Shown piece after piece: positions 24,906 through 33,842 of a stretch of 64,000 nucleotides of DNA. Position 1 is the stretch's first letter. Each line of letters starts with the position of its first letter. The notes under the pieces are model-generated. The model had not been told where the DNA came from. It was given only the letters and a program-made list of their open reading frames with translations, and ran no database searches. Both the position numbers and the translations under genes were made by a program. This stretch comes from Deltaproteobacteria bacterium (GTDB lineage Bacteria; Desulfobacterota; Dissulfuribacteria; Dissulfuribacterales; Dissulfuribacteraceae), in NCBI GenBank assembly GCA_026994795.1, contig JALWQB010000020.1, positions 6,113 through 70,112 of the forward strand, written 5' to 3'.

Positions 24906-26168
24906 ATGAGTAGGGCAAAAGGCAATGACCTAAGACGCCGTGTAGTTGTAACAGGTCTTGGTATCCTCTCGCCTGTAGGCATTGGCATTGAGGAGAACTG
25001 GCGCAATATTACTGAGGGGCGCTCTGGCATAGACCATGTTACAAGGTTTGATTGCTCAGGGTATCCATCCCGTATAGCAGGAGAGGTTAAGGGGTTTAGG
25101 CCGTCTGATTTTATGCCTGAAAAACTTGTAAAGCGTCTTGACCCCTTTGTCCAGTTGGGCATTGCAGGGGCAAAGATGGCAATAGAAGATGCCGGGCTTG
25201 AGATAAGCGGCAGCCTCTCAGAGAGAACAGGGGTTATTACAGGCGTTGGCCTTGGCGGCCTCGGGACAATAGAGCAATACAGGGATATACTTGTCAATAA
25301 GGGCCCAAGGAGAGTGAGCCCATTCTTTATACCAATGGCTATCCCTAATATGGCATCTGGCCAAATATCAATAATATTTGGCGCAAAAGGGCCGAATACA
25401 GTAATTTGCACTGCTTGCGCTGCTGGCACTCATGCAATAGGAGAGGCATTCAGGGCAATACAAAGGGGGGATGCTGACTGTATGATTACAGGCGGCTGCG
25501 AGTCTGTCATAACCCCGCTTGCATTTGCAGGTTTTTCCTCTTTAAAGGCCCTTTCTACAAGAAATGATGAGCCTCAAAAGGCATCGCGGCCATTTGACAA
25601 GGATAGAGATGGCTTTGTCATTGGAGAAGGGGTCGGGATACTGGTGCTTGAAGAGCTTAATCATGCCCTGAAGAGGGGGGCGAAGATAAGGGCGGAGATG
25701 CTGGGATACGGCCTTTCTGCCGATGCCTACCACATGACTGCGCCTCCTGATGATGGAGAAGGCGCCATACTTGCCATGAAGATGGCGCTTAACGATGCGG
25801 GCCTTTTGCCAGAAGACATAGATTATATAAATGCGCATGGCACAAGCACGCCCCTTAATGATATTGTAGAGACAAGGGCGATAAAGCATGTATTTGGAGA
25901 GGCTGCATACTCTGTTGCGGTAAGCTCAACCAAGTCAATGACAGGGCACTTGCTTGGCGGCACTGGCGGGATAGAGGCAATCTATTCTGCGCTCTCAATA
26001 GAGCATGGCATAATACCCCCCACTATCAACCTTGATGCGACAGAAGAGGAGATGGACCTTGATTATGTGCCCAATGTTGCAAGGAGGCAGGAAGTGAGGA
26101 ATGTAATGAGCAATTCATTTGGCTTTGGCGGCACTAATGCTGTGATAATACTGGGAAGATATGATTAA
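24906..26168 (+). CDS. fabF: 3-oxoacyl-ACP synthase II
   Basis: RRVVVTGLG, TACAAG active-site Cys, NAHGTSTPLND and SFGFGGTNAV. Confidence 0.95.
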   Translation: MSRAKGNDLRRRVVVTGLGILSPVGIGIEENWRNITEGRSGIDHVTRFDCSGYPSRIAGEVKGFRPSDFMPEKLVKRLDPFVQLGIAGAKMAIEDAGLEISGSLSERTGVITGVGLGGLGTIEQYRDILVNKGPRRVSPFFIPMAIPNMASGQISIIFGAKGPNTVICTACAAGTHAIGEAFRAIQRGDADCMITGGCESVITPLAFAGFSSLKALSTRNDEPQKASRPFDKDRDGFVIGEGVGILVLEELNHALKRGAKIRAEMLGYGLSADAYHMTAPPDDGEGAILAMKMALNDAGLLPEDIDYINAHGTSTPLNDIVETRAIKHVFGEAAYSVAVSSTKSMTGHLLGGTGGIEAIYSALSIEHGIIPPTINLDATEEEMDLDYVPNVARRQEVRNVMSNSFGFGGTNAVIILGRYD

Positions 26169-26218
26169 AATTCATAAGGGCGCAATCAGGGATAAAGGGT
26201 ATAATGTAGGTGAAAAAA

Positions 26219-26605
26219 ATGGGACGAATAGTTATACCTGTAGAAATAAAAAATGTTAATAATCTTGAATATCGTATTGTATGCAATGCGTTGGTGGATA
26301 CAGGAACATCTTATATGGTTTTACCAGCAGCATGGAAGAATAAATTGGGAGATATAGAAATTATTGATGAAATAGAAGTAGAATTAGCCGATCAAACTGC
26401 TCAAAAAGGAAAGATATGCGGACCTGTAAAACTACAAATAGAAGGATTCAGGCCTATATACACTGAAGTATTGTTTATAGACATGAAGCCAGAAAATGGA
26501 ATATATGAACCGCCCGTAGGTTACATTGTATTGGAACAGTGTCAGGCCGGAGTTGATATGTTGGGACATAGGCTTATACATATAAAAAGAATGGATTTAA
26601 AATAA
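26219..26605 (+). CDS. retropepsin-like (clan AA) aspartic protease, single-domain
   Basis: ALVDTGTSYMVLP contains the D-T-G catalytic triplet in a ~130-aa protein. An AGGTGA Shine-Dalgarno lies 6 nt before the ATG at 26219. The gene is visibly AT-rich. Confidence 0.65.
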   Translation: MGRIVIPVEIKNVNNLEYRIVCNALVDTGTSYMVLPAAWKNKLGDIEIIDEIEVELADQTAQKGKICGPVKLQIEGFRPIYTEVLFIDMKPENGIYEPPVGYIVLEQCQAGVDMLGHRLIHIKRMDLK

Positions 26606-26685
26606 CATTTAACAATTTGCTGCATCTGAGATTAAGTTAAGGGTTTTATGAAGTAACCCCATAATATAACATTTAAAATTCATTT

Positions 26686-26714
26686 CTGTCCCCTTTGAGC
26701 GTGCAGAGATTAAG
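26686..26714. repeat. degenerate copy of the dispersed TGCCCCCTTTTGCCGTGCAGGATTTAGG repeat
   Basis: ctgtcccctttgagcgtgcagagattaag aligns with the other copies, with a few substitutions and indels. Confidence 0.5.
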
Positions 26715-26735
26715 TAATATATAATTAAGGCAACA

Positions 26736-27179
26736 ATGAAGATTGCAATTGGTTCAGACCACGGAGGCGTTTCTTTAAAAGAGGAATTAAAGGCATTTAT
26801 CTCTACATTGGGGCATGAGGTTACGGATTGTGGATGCCATTCAAGGGAATCTGTTGATTATCCCCTGTTTGCAAGGCAAGTTTGCGACCTTGTAAGGACA
26901 AATGCCGTTGAGAGGGGCATATTGATCTGCGGCACTGGCATAGGCATGAGCATGGCTGCCAATAAGTTCCCTGATATAAGGGCGGCCCTTTGCCATGAGC
27001 CTTTTAGCGCAAAGATGAGCAGGCTTCACAATGATGCAAATATATTGTGTCTTGGTGAAAGGGTTATTGGCAGTGAGATTGCAAAAGATATTGTAGCGGT
27101 GTGGCTCTCTACGCCATTTGAAGGGGGCCGCCATAAGAGGAGGATAGAACTCTTTAATACTTTAGGAAGCATCAAATAA
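26736..27179 (+). CDS. rpiB: ribose-5-phosphate isomerase B
   Basis: [11 protein letters not shown]...[16 protein letters not shown]...[12 protein letters not shown]. Confidence 0.92.
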   Translation: MKIAIGSDHGGVSLKEELKAFISTLGHEVTDCGCHSRESVDYPLFARQVCDLVRTNAVERGILICGTGIGMSMAANKFPDIRAALCHEPFSAKMSRLHNDANILCLGERVIGSEIAKDIVAVWLSTPFEGGRHKRRIELFNTLGSIK

Positions 27180-27189
27180 AGGAGTGGTC

Positions 27190-28485
27190 ATGTTTAACCT
27201 TTTTAAGACAGACAGGGAAGTATTTGAGGCATTAAGGGCAGAGATAGAGAGACAGACAGGCCAGCTTGAAATGATAGCCTCTGAAAATTTTGCAAGCGAG
27301 GCTGTTATGGAGGCGGAGGGGAGCGCCTTTATGAATAAATATGCAGAGGGCTATCCTGAAAAGCGCTATTATGGCGGTTGTGAGAACATGGATACAGTGG
27401 AAAGGCTTGCAGTAGATAGGCTCAATCTCCTGTTTGGCTCAGAATATGCCAATGTTCAGCCTCATTCAGGGAGTCAGGCAAATATGGCTGTTTATTTTGC
27501 AGCGCTGTCTCCGGGGGATACTATCCTCTCAATGGACCTTGCGCATGGAGGCCATCTGTCTCATGGGTCAAGAGTAAACTTTTCAGGAAAGCTCTATAAT
27601 GTTGTGCATTATGGCGTAAGTGAAGAGACTGAGACAATAGACTTTGAAGATTTGAGGCAGAAGGCGCTTTACTATAGACCGCGTCTTATTATTGCAGGGG
27701 CAAGCGCATATCCAAGGACAATACCATTTGATGAGTTCCGCATGATATGTGATGAGATAAATGCCTATCTATTAGTTGATATGGCGCATATAGCAGGCAT
27801 GGTTGCGTCTGGAAACCACCCGTCTCCCGTGCCCTTTGCAGAGTTTATAACATCCACTACGCACAAGACGCTGCGCGGGCCAAGGGGCGGGTTTATACTT
27901 TCAAAGGAGCAATACGGCAGATTAATAGACGCCTCAGTATTCCCTGGGGTTCAGGGAGGGCCCCTTATGCATGTAATTGCTGCAAAGGCAGTGGCCTTTC
28001 AAGAGGCGCTTTTGCCTGAATTTAAGACCTATCAGCAAAACATATTAAAAAATGCCAAAATCCTTGCAGAGACACTTATGGAAAGGGATTTTAGGCTTGT
28101 ATCAGGCGGCACAGACAACCATCTTGTGCTTGTAAATCTTATGGATAAGAATATTACCGGCAAAGAGGCAGAAGAGGCGCTTGAGCGTGCAGGCATCACT
28201 GTCAATAAAAATGCCGTGCCATTTGACCCAAATCCGCCCTCTATTACAAGCGGCATAAGGATAGGCACTCCTGCAATTACTGCCCGAGGGCTTGGAGAGG
28301 ATGAGGTAAGGGAGGTCGCAAATTATATTGCGGACATACTTAACGCCCCGCAAGATGATAAACTTATACGAGATATTCGCCTTAAGATAAAAGATATATG
28401 TGAGCGCTATCCAATATACTCAGAGCGCTTACAACGATATGAGGAAATTTTAAGTGAAGAGGCAGAAAAGGCCGAGCTGGGATGA
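27190..28485 (+). CDS. glyA: serine hydroxymethyltransferase
   Basis: [36 protein letters not shown]. Confidence 0.96.
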   Translation: MFNLFKTDREVFEALRAEIERQTGQLEMIASENFASEAVMEAEGSAFMNKYAEGYPEKRYYGGCENMDTVERLAVDRLNLLFGSEYANVQPHSGSQANMAVYFAALSPGDTILSMDLAHGGHLSHGSRVNFSGKLYNVVHYGVSEETETIDFEDLRQKALYYRPRLIIAGASAYPRTIPFDEFRMICDEINAYLLVDMAHIAGMVASGNHPSPVPFAEFITSTTHKTLRGPRGGFILSKEQYGRLIDASVFPGVQGGPLMHVIAAKAVAFQEALLPEFKTYQQNILKNAKILAETLMERDFRLVSGGTDNHLVLVNLMDKNITGKEAEEALERAGITVNKNAVPFDPNPPSITSGIRIGTPAITARGLGEDEVREVANYIADILNAPQDDKLIRDIRLKIKDICERYPIYSERLQRYEEILSEEAEKAELG

Positions 28486-28903
28486 TTATTTCATGTCTAT
28501 ATGCGACCTTGTTGCCACAAGGTCAACTTGCCTTAGACGAAATGTGGGGGCAATCCTTGTAAAGGATAGACGCGTGCTCTCAACAGGCTATAATGGCGCG
28601 CCAACCGGGCTGAAGCACTGTCTGGATATAGGGTGTTTAAGGGAGCGGATGAATATCCCTTCTGGCACGCGCCATGAGCTTTGCCGTGGGCTTCATGCAG
28701 AGCAAAACTGCCTTATTCAGGCCGCATATCATGGGGTAAGCGTTAAGGGGGCAGACCTTTACTGCACAAACCTTCCATGTATTATATGTACAAAAATGCT
28801 TATAAATGCCGATATTAAAAGGATATTCTATAAAGACGGCTATCCTGATGAGCTTTCTGAGATAATGATAAAAGAGGCCAATATTAAGCTTATTAAGATG
28901 TGA
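28454..28903 (+). CDS. deoxycytidylate (dCMP) deaminase family protein
   Basis: PSWDDYFM...RSTC, HAEQN and [12 protein letters not shown] zinc-binding motifs. GTG start overlapping the glyA end. Confidence 0.85.
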   Translation: MKRQKRPSWDDYFMSICDLVATRSTCLRRNVGAILVKDRRVLSTGYNGAPTGLKHCLDIGCLRERMNIPSGTRHELCRGLHAEQNCLIQAAYHGVSVKGADLYCTNLPCIICTKMLINADIKRIFYKDGYPDELSEIMIKEANIKLIKM

Positions 28904-28921
28904 AGACAAATTATAAATCCG

Positions 28922-28953
28922 TATAAAGTTATAAAGTTATAAAGTTATAAAAA
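28922..28953. repeat. 8-bp tandem repeat (TATAAAGT x3 plus one variant) upstream of nrdR
   Basis: tataaagt tataaagt tataaagt tataaaaa read directly. Confidence 0.85.
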
Positions 28954-28969
28954 GGAAAATTATTAGGCT

Positions 28970-29425
28970 ATGAAGTGTCCATTTTGCCTTACGCCAGATA
29001 CAAAGGTGGTTGATACGCGTCCCAGCAGCGACGGCAGGGCAATAAGGAGGAGGCGGGAGTGCGTCTCTTGTTCAAGGCGTTTTACCACCTATGAGAGGGT
29101 TGAGGAATTTCAGCCGCTTGTCGTAAAGAAAGACGGAAGACGTGAGCCTTTTAACAGGATGAAGATAATAGAGGGGATGATAAAGGCATGCGAGAAACGG
29201 CCGATTGAGCTTGCCCGTATTGAAAAATTTGTATCAGGGCTTGAAAGGGAGATACAGGAGACTGGCGAAAAAGAGATCCAGAGCTCAAAGATTGGCGAAA
29301 GGGTGATGGCATGTCTAAGAGAATGGGATGATGTGGCCTATGTTCGTTTTGCCTCAGTATATAAACAATTTAAAGACTTAAATGCCTTTATGGAACAGTT
29401 AAAGGAGCTTTTGAACGAGAATTGA
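28970..29425 (+). CDS. nrdR: transcriptional repressor NrdR
   Basis: MKCPFC...DTKVVDTRP...[17 protein letters not shown] zinc ribbon plus ATP-cone. Confidence 0.95.
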   Translation: MKCPFCLTPDTKVVDTRPSSDGRAIRRRRECVSCSRRFTTYERVEEFQPLVVKKDGRREPFNRMKIIEGMIKACEKRPIELARIEKFVSGLEREIQETGEKEIQSSKIGERVMACLREWDDVAYVRFASVYKQFKDLNAFMEQLKELLNEN

Positions 29426-30028
29426 ATGAAGGGCATTTTGCGTATAATTATTTTGTTCTTAATTATCTTCTTGGGGCACTTTCCCACATCCGCCATTTGT
29501 CTTTCGCAATCAGCTTCTCCTCCTGATCCTTCTCATAACTTGCCTTCCATAGAGCAGTTTATAATTGCTCAAGAGGATAATTTCCTGCTGACTCAAGTCA
29601 GGATTAAGGACGGCCTTCCTGTGCAGATGAAAAAGGCCCTTTCTTCTGGCATTCCAATAAAGGTAACCTACCGTTTTGAGCTTTTGAGGCCAAGGCTGTT
29701 TTTTTCAAAGAAGCTAAAGACCATAATGATAGAGAGGACCCTTGCCTATGACTATTTGAAACAGGAGTACCGTGTGCGGTTTGGCCGTGAAGAACGCAGG
29801 GTCATAAGCGTAAAAGATGAGAGGCGGGCGCAAGAGCTGACATTTTCTTTAAGAGATATAAGGCTCTTTAATCTCAGGACAATAACACAGGGGGCTGTTT
29901 ACATATTAAAACTGAAGGTCATAATAGAGAGGATGGAAGATACAGCCCTTCCGCTAAAAAAGATGATTGGTTTTATATGGAGCAATAAGATTGAGACAGA
30001 CTGGAATTCCATCAGGTTCAGATATTAA
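29426..30028 (+). CDS. DUF4390-like secreted protein
   Basis: Signal peptide, with size and position directly upstream of an NtrY-type kinase. The family assignment is from memory of this conserved neighbourhood. Confidence 0.55.
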   Translation: MKGILRIIILFLIIFLGHFPTSAICLSQSASPPDPSHNLPSIEQFIIAQEDNFLLTQVRIKDGLPVQMKKALSSGIPIKVTYRFELLRPRLFFSKKLKTIMIERTLAYDYLKQEYRVRFGREERRVISVKDERRAQELTFSLRDIRLFNLRTITQGAVYILKLKVIIERMEDTALPLKKMIGFIWSNKIETDWNSIRFRY

Positions 30029-32435
30029 TGAGCGCATAAGGAGAAAGAGAGATAGACGCCTTATTATTGTCTTCTCTTTTATCCTTATTCTACTTGGTAT
30101 AATAGAATATATCTTGATGACATCCAGTTTTTCCCTTCCACTTGCGGGAAATCTCCTGTTTTTTGCCATAATAAACCTTAATACCCTTCTCATTCTCCTC
30201 CTTATATATCTTATTATAAGAAATATACTAAAGGCGTTATTTGAGGATAGGGCAAGGGTATTTGGCGCAAAGCTCAGGACAAAGCTCGTTATGGCCTTTA
30301 TATTCCTCTCGCTTATACCAACTGCCATATTATTTTTTATATCAGTGCAGTTTATCAATACAAGCCTGAGGCTATGGTTTGATGAGAGGATAGAAAGGTC
30401 GCTGGAAGACGCTATTTTTGTAGGCAGAACCTATTATGAGGAAAGGGAAAAGTGGCTGAAAGAAAGGGCAATTTTATTAAAAGAAAGGCTCAATTTCGCT
30501 TGCGTAATATCTCAAAAAGGGGGATTTATCAATGCCTCGCTTGATGCCGACTGCTCAAGGCAGTGGCTATCCAGCCTAAAGAGGCAGGGTATATGGAGGC
30601 AGGGTCAAGCCCAATATGACCTTATAAGGGGGCTTAATATCATCTCTGTATTTGACAGGCATGGAGACCTCATCGCATCCTATAAATCAATAGGGCTTGT
30701 TGATTATGTGCCCTCAATATCTAAGGAGCAATTAAAACAACTTATTAAAAATATTGAGAAAAATGTAGAAAATGTGAATAATGGCAATAAAGGCGAGAAG
30801 AGGGGCTCTGAAGCTGTTAAAAACATAGATCAGATTGAGATATTCAGCGTTGATACGGATTTTGGGAACATCCTTATGGCAAATGTCCCTATTATTTCAA
30901 GCAGTAATGAGGGAAGCAGACTAATAGGTCTATTGTCTATCGGCTATCTTATGCCTCATAAAATCACTGAGCTTTTGAATACAATCAAGGCAGGTTATGA
31001 AGAATATCAGACAGTTAAGCTCTATAAAAGGCCGTTAAAGACAACAATTATAATAACTCTTTTCCTTATAACCGTCTTAATTATATTTGTCGCTATCTGG
31101 TTTGGCTTTAGACTTGCCCGTCATATTACAGAGCCCCTTCAGGCGCTTGCTGATGCAACCAAGAGGGTGGCTCAGGGGGACTTAGACATATCTCTTGAGC
31201 CAAAGGGCAAGGACGAGCTCAATGACCTTGTAGGTTCATTTAATGTTATGACAGCAGAGTTAAAGTCGGCAAGGGCGAGGGCGGAAAAGGCATATAGCGA
31301 GATTGAAGAGAGGAGGCATTATATTGAGACCATTCTCCAAAATATCGGCACAGGCGTTATCTCTATTGAAAGGTCTGGCATTATACGCACAGTAAACAGG
31401 TCAGCAGAGCAGATACTTTCCATAAACGCAAGGCAGACGATAGGGCGTTCATATAAAGAGCTCCTTTCAAAGAAGGAGCAAGAGGAATTTGAGCATATTA
31501 GAAGAGGGCTTTTGCGTTCGTCTAAGGGGGCGATACAAAGGCCGATGAGGATAAAGGTAAATGATAGGGACTTATCCTTAATTGTTACCTTTACAGTCTT
31601 GAGGGACCAGACAGGATATTCTCATGGCGTGCTTGTAGTGTTTGACGATATAACAGAGCTTGAAAAGATACAGCGCATGGCTGCATGGAGAGAGGTGGCA
31701 AGGAGGATAGCTCATGAGGTAAAAAATCCGCTTACCCCAATACAACTGAATGCGCAGAGGCTGCAGAGAAAATACTCATCATATTTTAAGGATAAGGAGC
31801 GGGCAGTATTTAAGAGATGTCTTGATACTATTGTCTCACAGGTGGAGGAGCTTAAAAGGCTTGTGAATGAGTTTTCAAGTTTTGCCCGTATGCCGCGGCT
31901 GAGGCCCCGTTTTGTTGATTTAAAGACGCTGGCGGAAGAGGTGCTCTTTATGTATAAAGAGACCAATCCAAATTGTAATTTCCATCTCAATGTTGCAACA
32001 GGCCAGCTTCCTCCCTTTTATGGGGACCCTGACCAGCTAAAGAGGATGTTTATGAACCTTATTGACAATGCAGTCCATGCAGTGGAAGATGGCGGGCAGG
32101 TTGAGGTTAATATGGCGTTTTTAGATGGGGCAGAATGCAGGAAGGACTATATGGAAGGTATTATAGATAGGGATGGTTATGTAAACGGCATCTTTGAGAT
32201 TATTGTGGTTGATACAGGCATTGGGATTGATGAAGAGGACAGGCAGAGGCTGTTTGAGCCTTATTTTTCCAAGAAAAAGGGTGGGACAGGGCTTGGCCTT
32301 TCAATCGTAAACTCCATTGTAACGGACCACGGCGGCTCAATCATTGTTGAGCCCAATAGCCCTAATGGCACAAAGTTTATAATAAGATTTCCAAGAGAGG
32401 GGCTTTTAGATGGAGACAAGGGTATTAGTAGTTGA
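29967..32435 (+). CDS. ntrY: NtrY-type sensor histidine kinase (TM, HAMP, PAS, HisKA, HATPase)
   Basis: HAMP (ITEPLQALADATKRVAQGDLD), H-box AHEVKNPLTPIQLNAQRL and G-boxes DTGIGI / GGTGLGLSIV. The start codon is uncertain. Confidence 0.85.
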   Translation: MVLYGAIRLRQTGIPSGSDINERIRRKRDRRLIIVFSFILILLGIIEYILMTSSFSLPLAGNLLFFAIINLNTLLILLLIYLIIRNILKALFEDRARVFGAKLRTKLVMAFIFLSLIPTAILFFISVQFINTSLRLWFDERIERSLEDAIFVGRTYYEEREKWLKERAILLKERLNFACVISQKGGFINASLDADCSRQWLSSLKRQGIWRQGQAQYDLIRGLNIISVFDRHGDLIASYKSIGLVDYVPSISKEQLKQLIKNIEKNVENVNNGNKGEKRGSEAVKNIDQIEIFSVDTDFGNILMANVPIISSSNEGSRLIGLLSIGYLMPHKITELLNTIKAGYEEYQTVKLYKRPLKTTIIITLFLITVLIIFVAIWFGFRLARHITEPLQALADATKRVAQGDLDISLEPKGKDELNDLVGSFNVMTAELKSARARAEKAYSEIEERRHYIETILQNIGTGVISIERSGIIRTVNRSAEQILSINARQTIGRSYKELLSKKEQEEFEHIRRGLLRSSKGAIQRPMRIKVNDRDLSLIVTFTVLRDQTGYSHGVLVVFDDITELEKIQRMAAWREVARRIAHEVKNPLTPIQLNAQRLQRKYSSYFKDKERAVFKRCLDTIVSQVEELKRLVNEFSSFARMPRLRPRFVDLKTLAEEVLFMYKETNPNCNFHLNVATGQLPPFYGDPDQLKRMFMNLIDNAVHAVEDGGQVEVNMAFLDGAECRKDYMEGIIDRDGYVNGIFEIIVVDTGIGIDEEDRQRLFEPYFSKKKGGTGLGLSIVNSIVTDHGGSIIVEPNSPNGTKFIIRFPREGLLDGDKGISS

Positions 32436-33786
32436 TGATGAAGAGAGCATATTAGAGGCGGTTACGGACATATTGGAGGATGAGGGCTTTCAGGTTGCCG
32501 CTGCCCCTGATGGCAGGGCTGCCATTTTGTCTATACGAGACAGCCTTCCATCTGTTGTGCTCCTTGATATATGGATGCCAGAGATGGACGGCATTGAGAC
32601 ATTAAGGCGCATAAAGGAAGAGTGGCCATTTTTGCCGGTAGTGATCATGAGCGGTCACGGGACAATAGAGACCGCTGTAAGGGCGACTAAACTCGGGGCC
32701 TATGACTTTATTGAAAAGCCGCTCAGTTATGAACAGCTCATAATGGCGTTAAAGAATGCCATCAGGTTCTATGAGATGCAGGAAGAAAACGCCCTTCTGA
32801 GGCAAAAGGTAGGGGCTCCGAAGGAGATAACTGGCAAAAGCGAGGTTATAACGCAGCTTAAAAGACAGATTGAGGTAGTTGCCCCAACAGATGCGTGGGT
32901 GCTGATTCGCGGTGAAAACGGCACAGGAAAGGAGCTTGTAGCTCAGACAATACATCGCATGAGCAAACGGCGCTTGAGACCGATGATTGATGTAAATTGC
33001 GCTGCAATCCCTGAAGAGCTTATAGAAAGCGAGCTCTTTGGCCATGAAAAAGGGGCTTTTACAGGCGCATCTACAATGAAGCGAGGCAAGTTTGACCTTG
33101 CCAACGGGGGAACGCTGTTTCTTGACGAGATTGCTGACATGAGCCTCAGGACACAGGCTAAGATATTGAGAATATTACAGGAACAAAGGTTTGAGAGGGT
33201 AGGAGGCTCAAAGACTATTAAGGTAGATGTAAGGATACTTGCGGCAACCAATAAAGACCTTGAAAAAGAGATAGAAAAAGGACGCTTTAGAGAAGACCTT
33301 TACTATCGGCTCAATGTCATACCAATTGAAGTGCCTCCATTGAGAGAGAGAAAGGAGGATATACCGCTTTTAGTAGATGAGTTTTTAGAAGAATTTTCCA
33401 TTAAGCTTGGAATGCCCAAAAAGACCATAGACAATGACGCCCTCAATGCGCTCATGGGGTATGACTGGCCGGGAAATGTCAGGGAGTTGAGAAATTTTGT
33501 TGAGCGTCTTGTGATATTAACTCCTGATAACATTATTAAACATGAGGCGCTTCCAAGGCCGTTTCATAAGCCAGATAATAAGGCCGTATTATCCAAAGAG
33601 ATAGAGGAGCTTTTTGCCTGCAATGACTTTAAGCAGGCCAGAACAATGTTTGAAAAGGAATACCTCATAAGAAAGCTCAAGGAGTTTGACGGCAATATCA
33701 CAAGGACATCTGAGGCAATCGGCATTGAAAGACGCCATTTACACAGAAAGATAAAGTCCTTATCCATATCTGTTGAGGCTGCATGA
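32410..33786 (+). CDS. ntrX: sigma-54-dependent response regulator (NtrX/NtrC family)
   Basis: Receiver domain VLVVDDE...LLDIWMP, Walker A GENGTGKE, GAFTGA loop and a C-terminal HTH. Confidence 0.9.
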   Translation: METRVLVVDDEESILEAVTDILEDEGFQVAAAPDGRAAILSIRDSLPSVVLLDIWMPEMDGIETLRRIKEEWPFLPVVIMSGHGTIETAVRATKLGAYDFIEKPLSYEQLIMALKNAIRFYEMQEENALLRQKVGAPKEITGKSEVITQLKRQIEVVAPTDAWVLIRGENGTGKELVAQTIHRMSKRRLRPMIDVNCAAIPEELIESELFGHEKGAFTGASTMKRGKFDLANGGTLFLDEIADMSLRTQAKILRILQEQRFERVGGSKTIKVDVRILAATNKDLEKEIEKGRFREDLYYRLNVIPIEVPPLRERKEDIPLLVDEFLEEFSIKLGMPKKTIDNDALNALMGYDWPGNVRELRNFVERLVILTPDNIIKHEALPRPFHKPDNKAVLSKEIEELFACNDFKQARTMFEKEYLIRKLKEFDGNITRTSEAIGIERRHLHRKIKSLSISVEAA

Positions 33787-33800
33787 AATATGAAATGCTA

Positions 33801-33831
33801 CCTAAATCCTGCACGGCAAAAGGGGGCAAAA
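33801..33831. repeat. short copy (reverse orientation) of the dispersed repeat
   Basis: cctaaatcctgcacggcaaaagggggcaaaa is the reverse complement of the TGCCCCCTTTTGCCGTGCAGGATTTAGG unit. Confidence 0.7.
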
Positions 33832-33842
33832 ATGATAAGGGG

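Noticed and set aside
24818-25429. 203-aa antisense ORF over fabF, and similar long antisense or shadow ORFs at 5180-5671, 8217-8750, 12305-12874, 38326-39219, 54112-54684, 2802-3206 and 29954-30358
   Set aside because: Each lies opposite or out of frame to a gene with clear family motifs, and each has odd composition. These are typical shadow ORFs.
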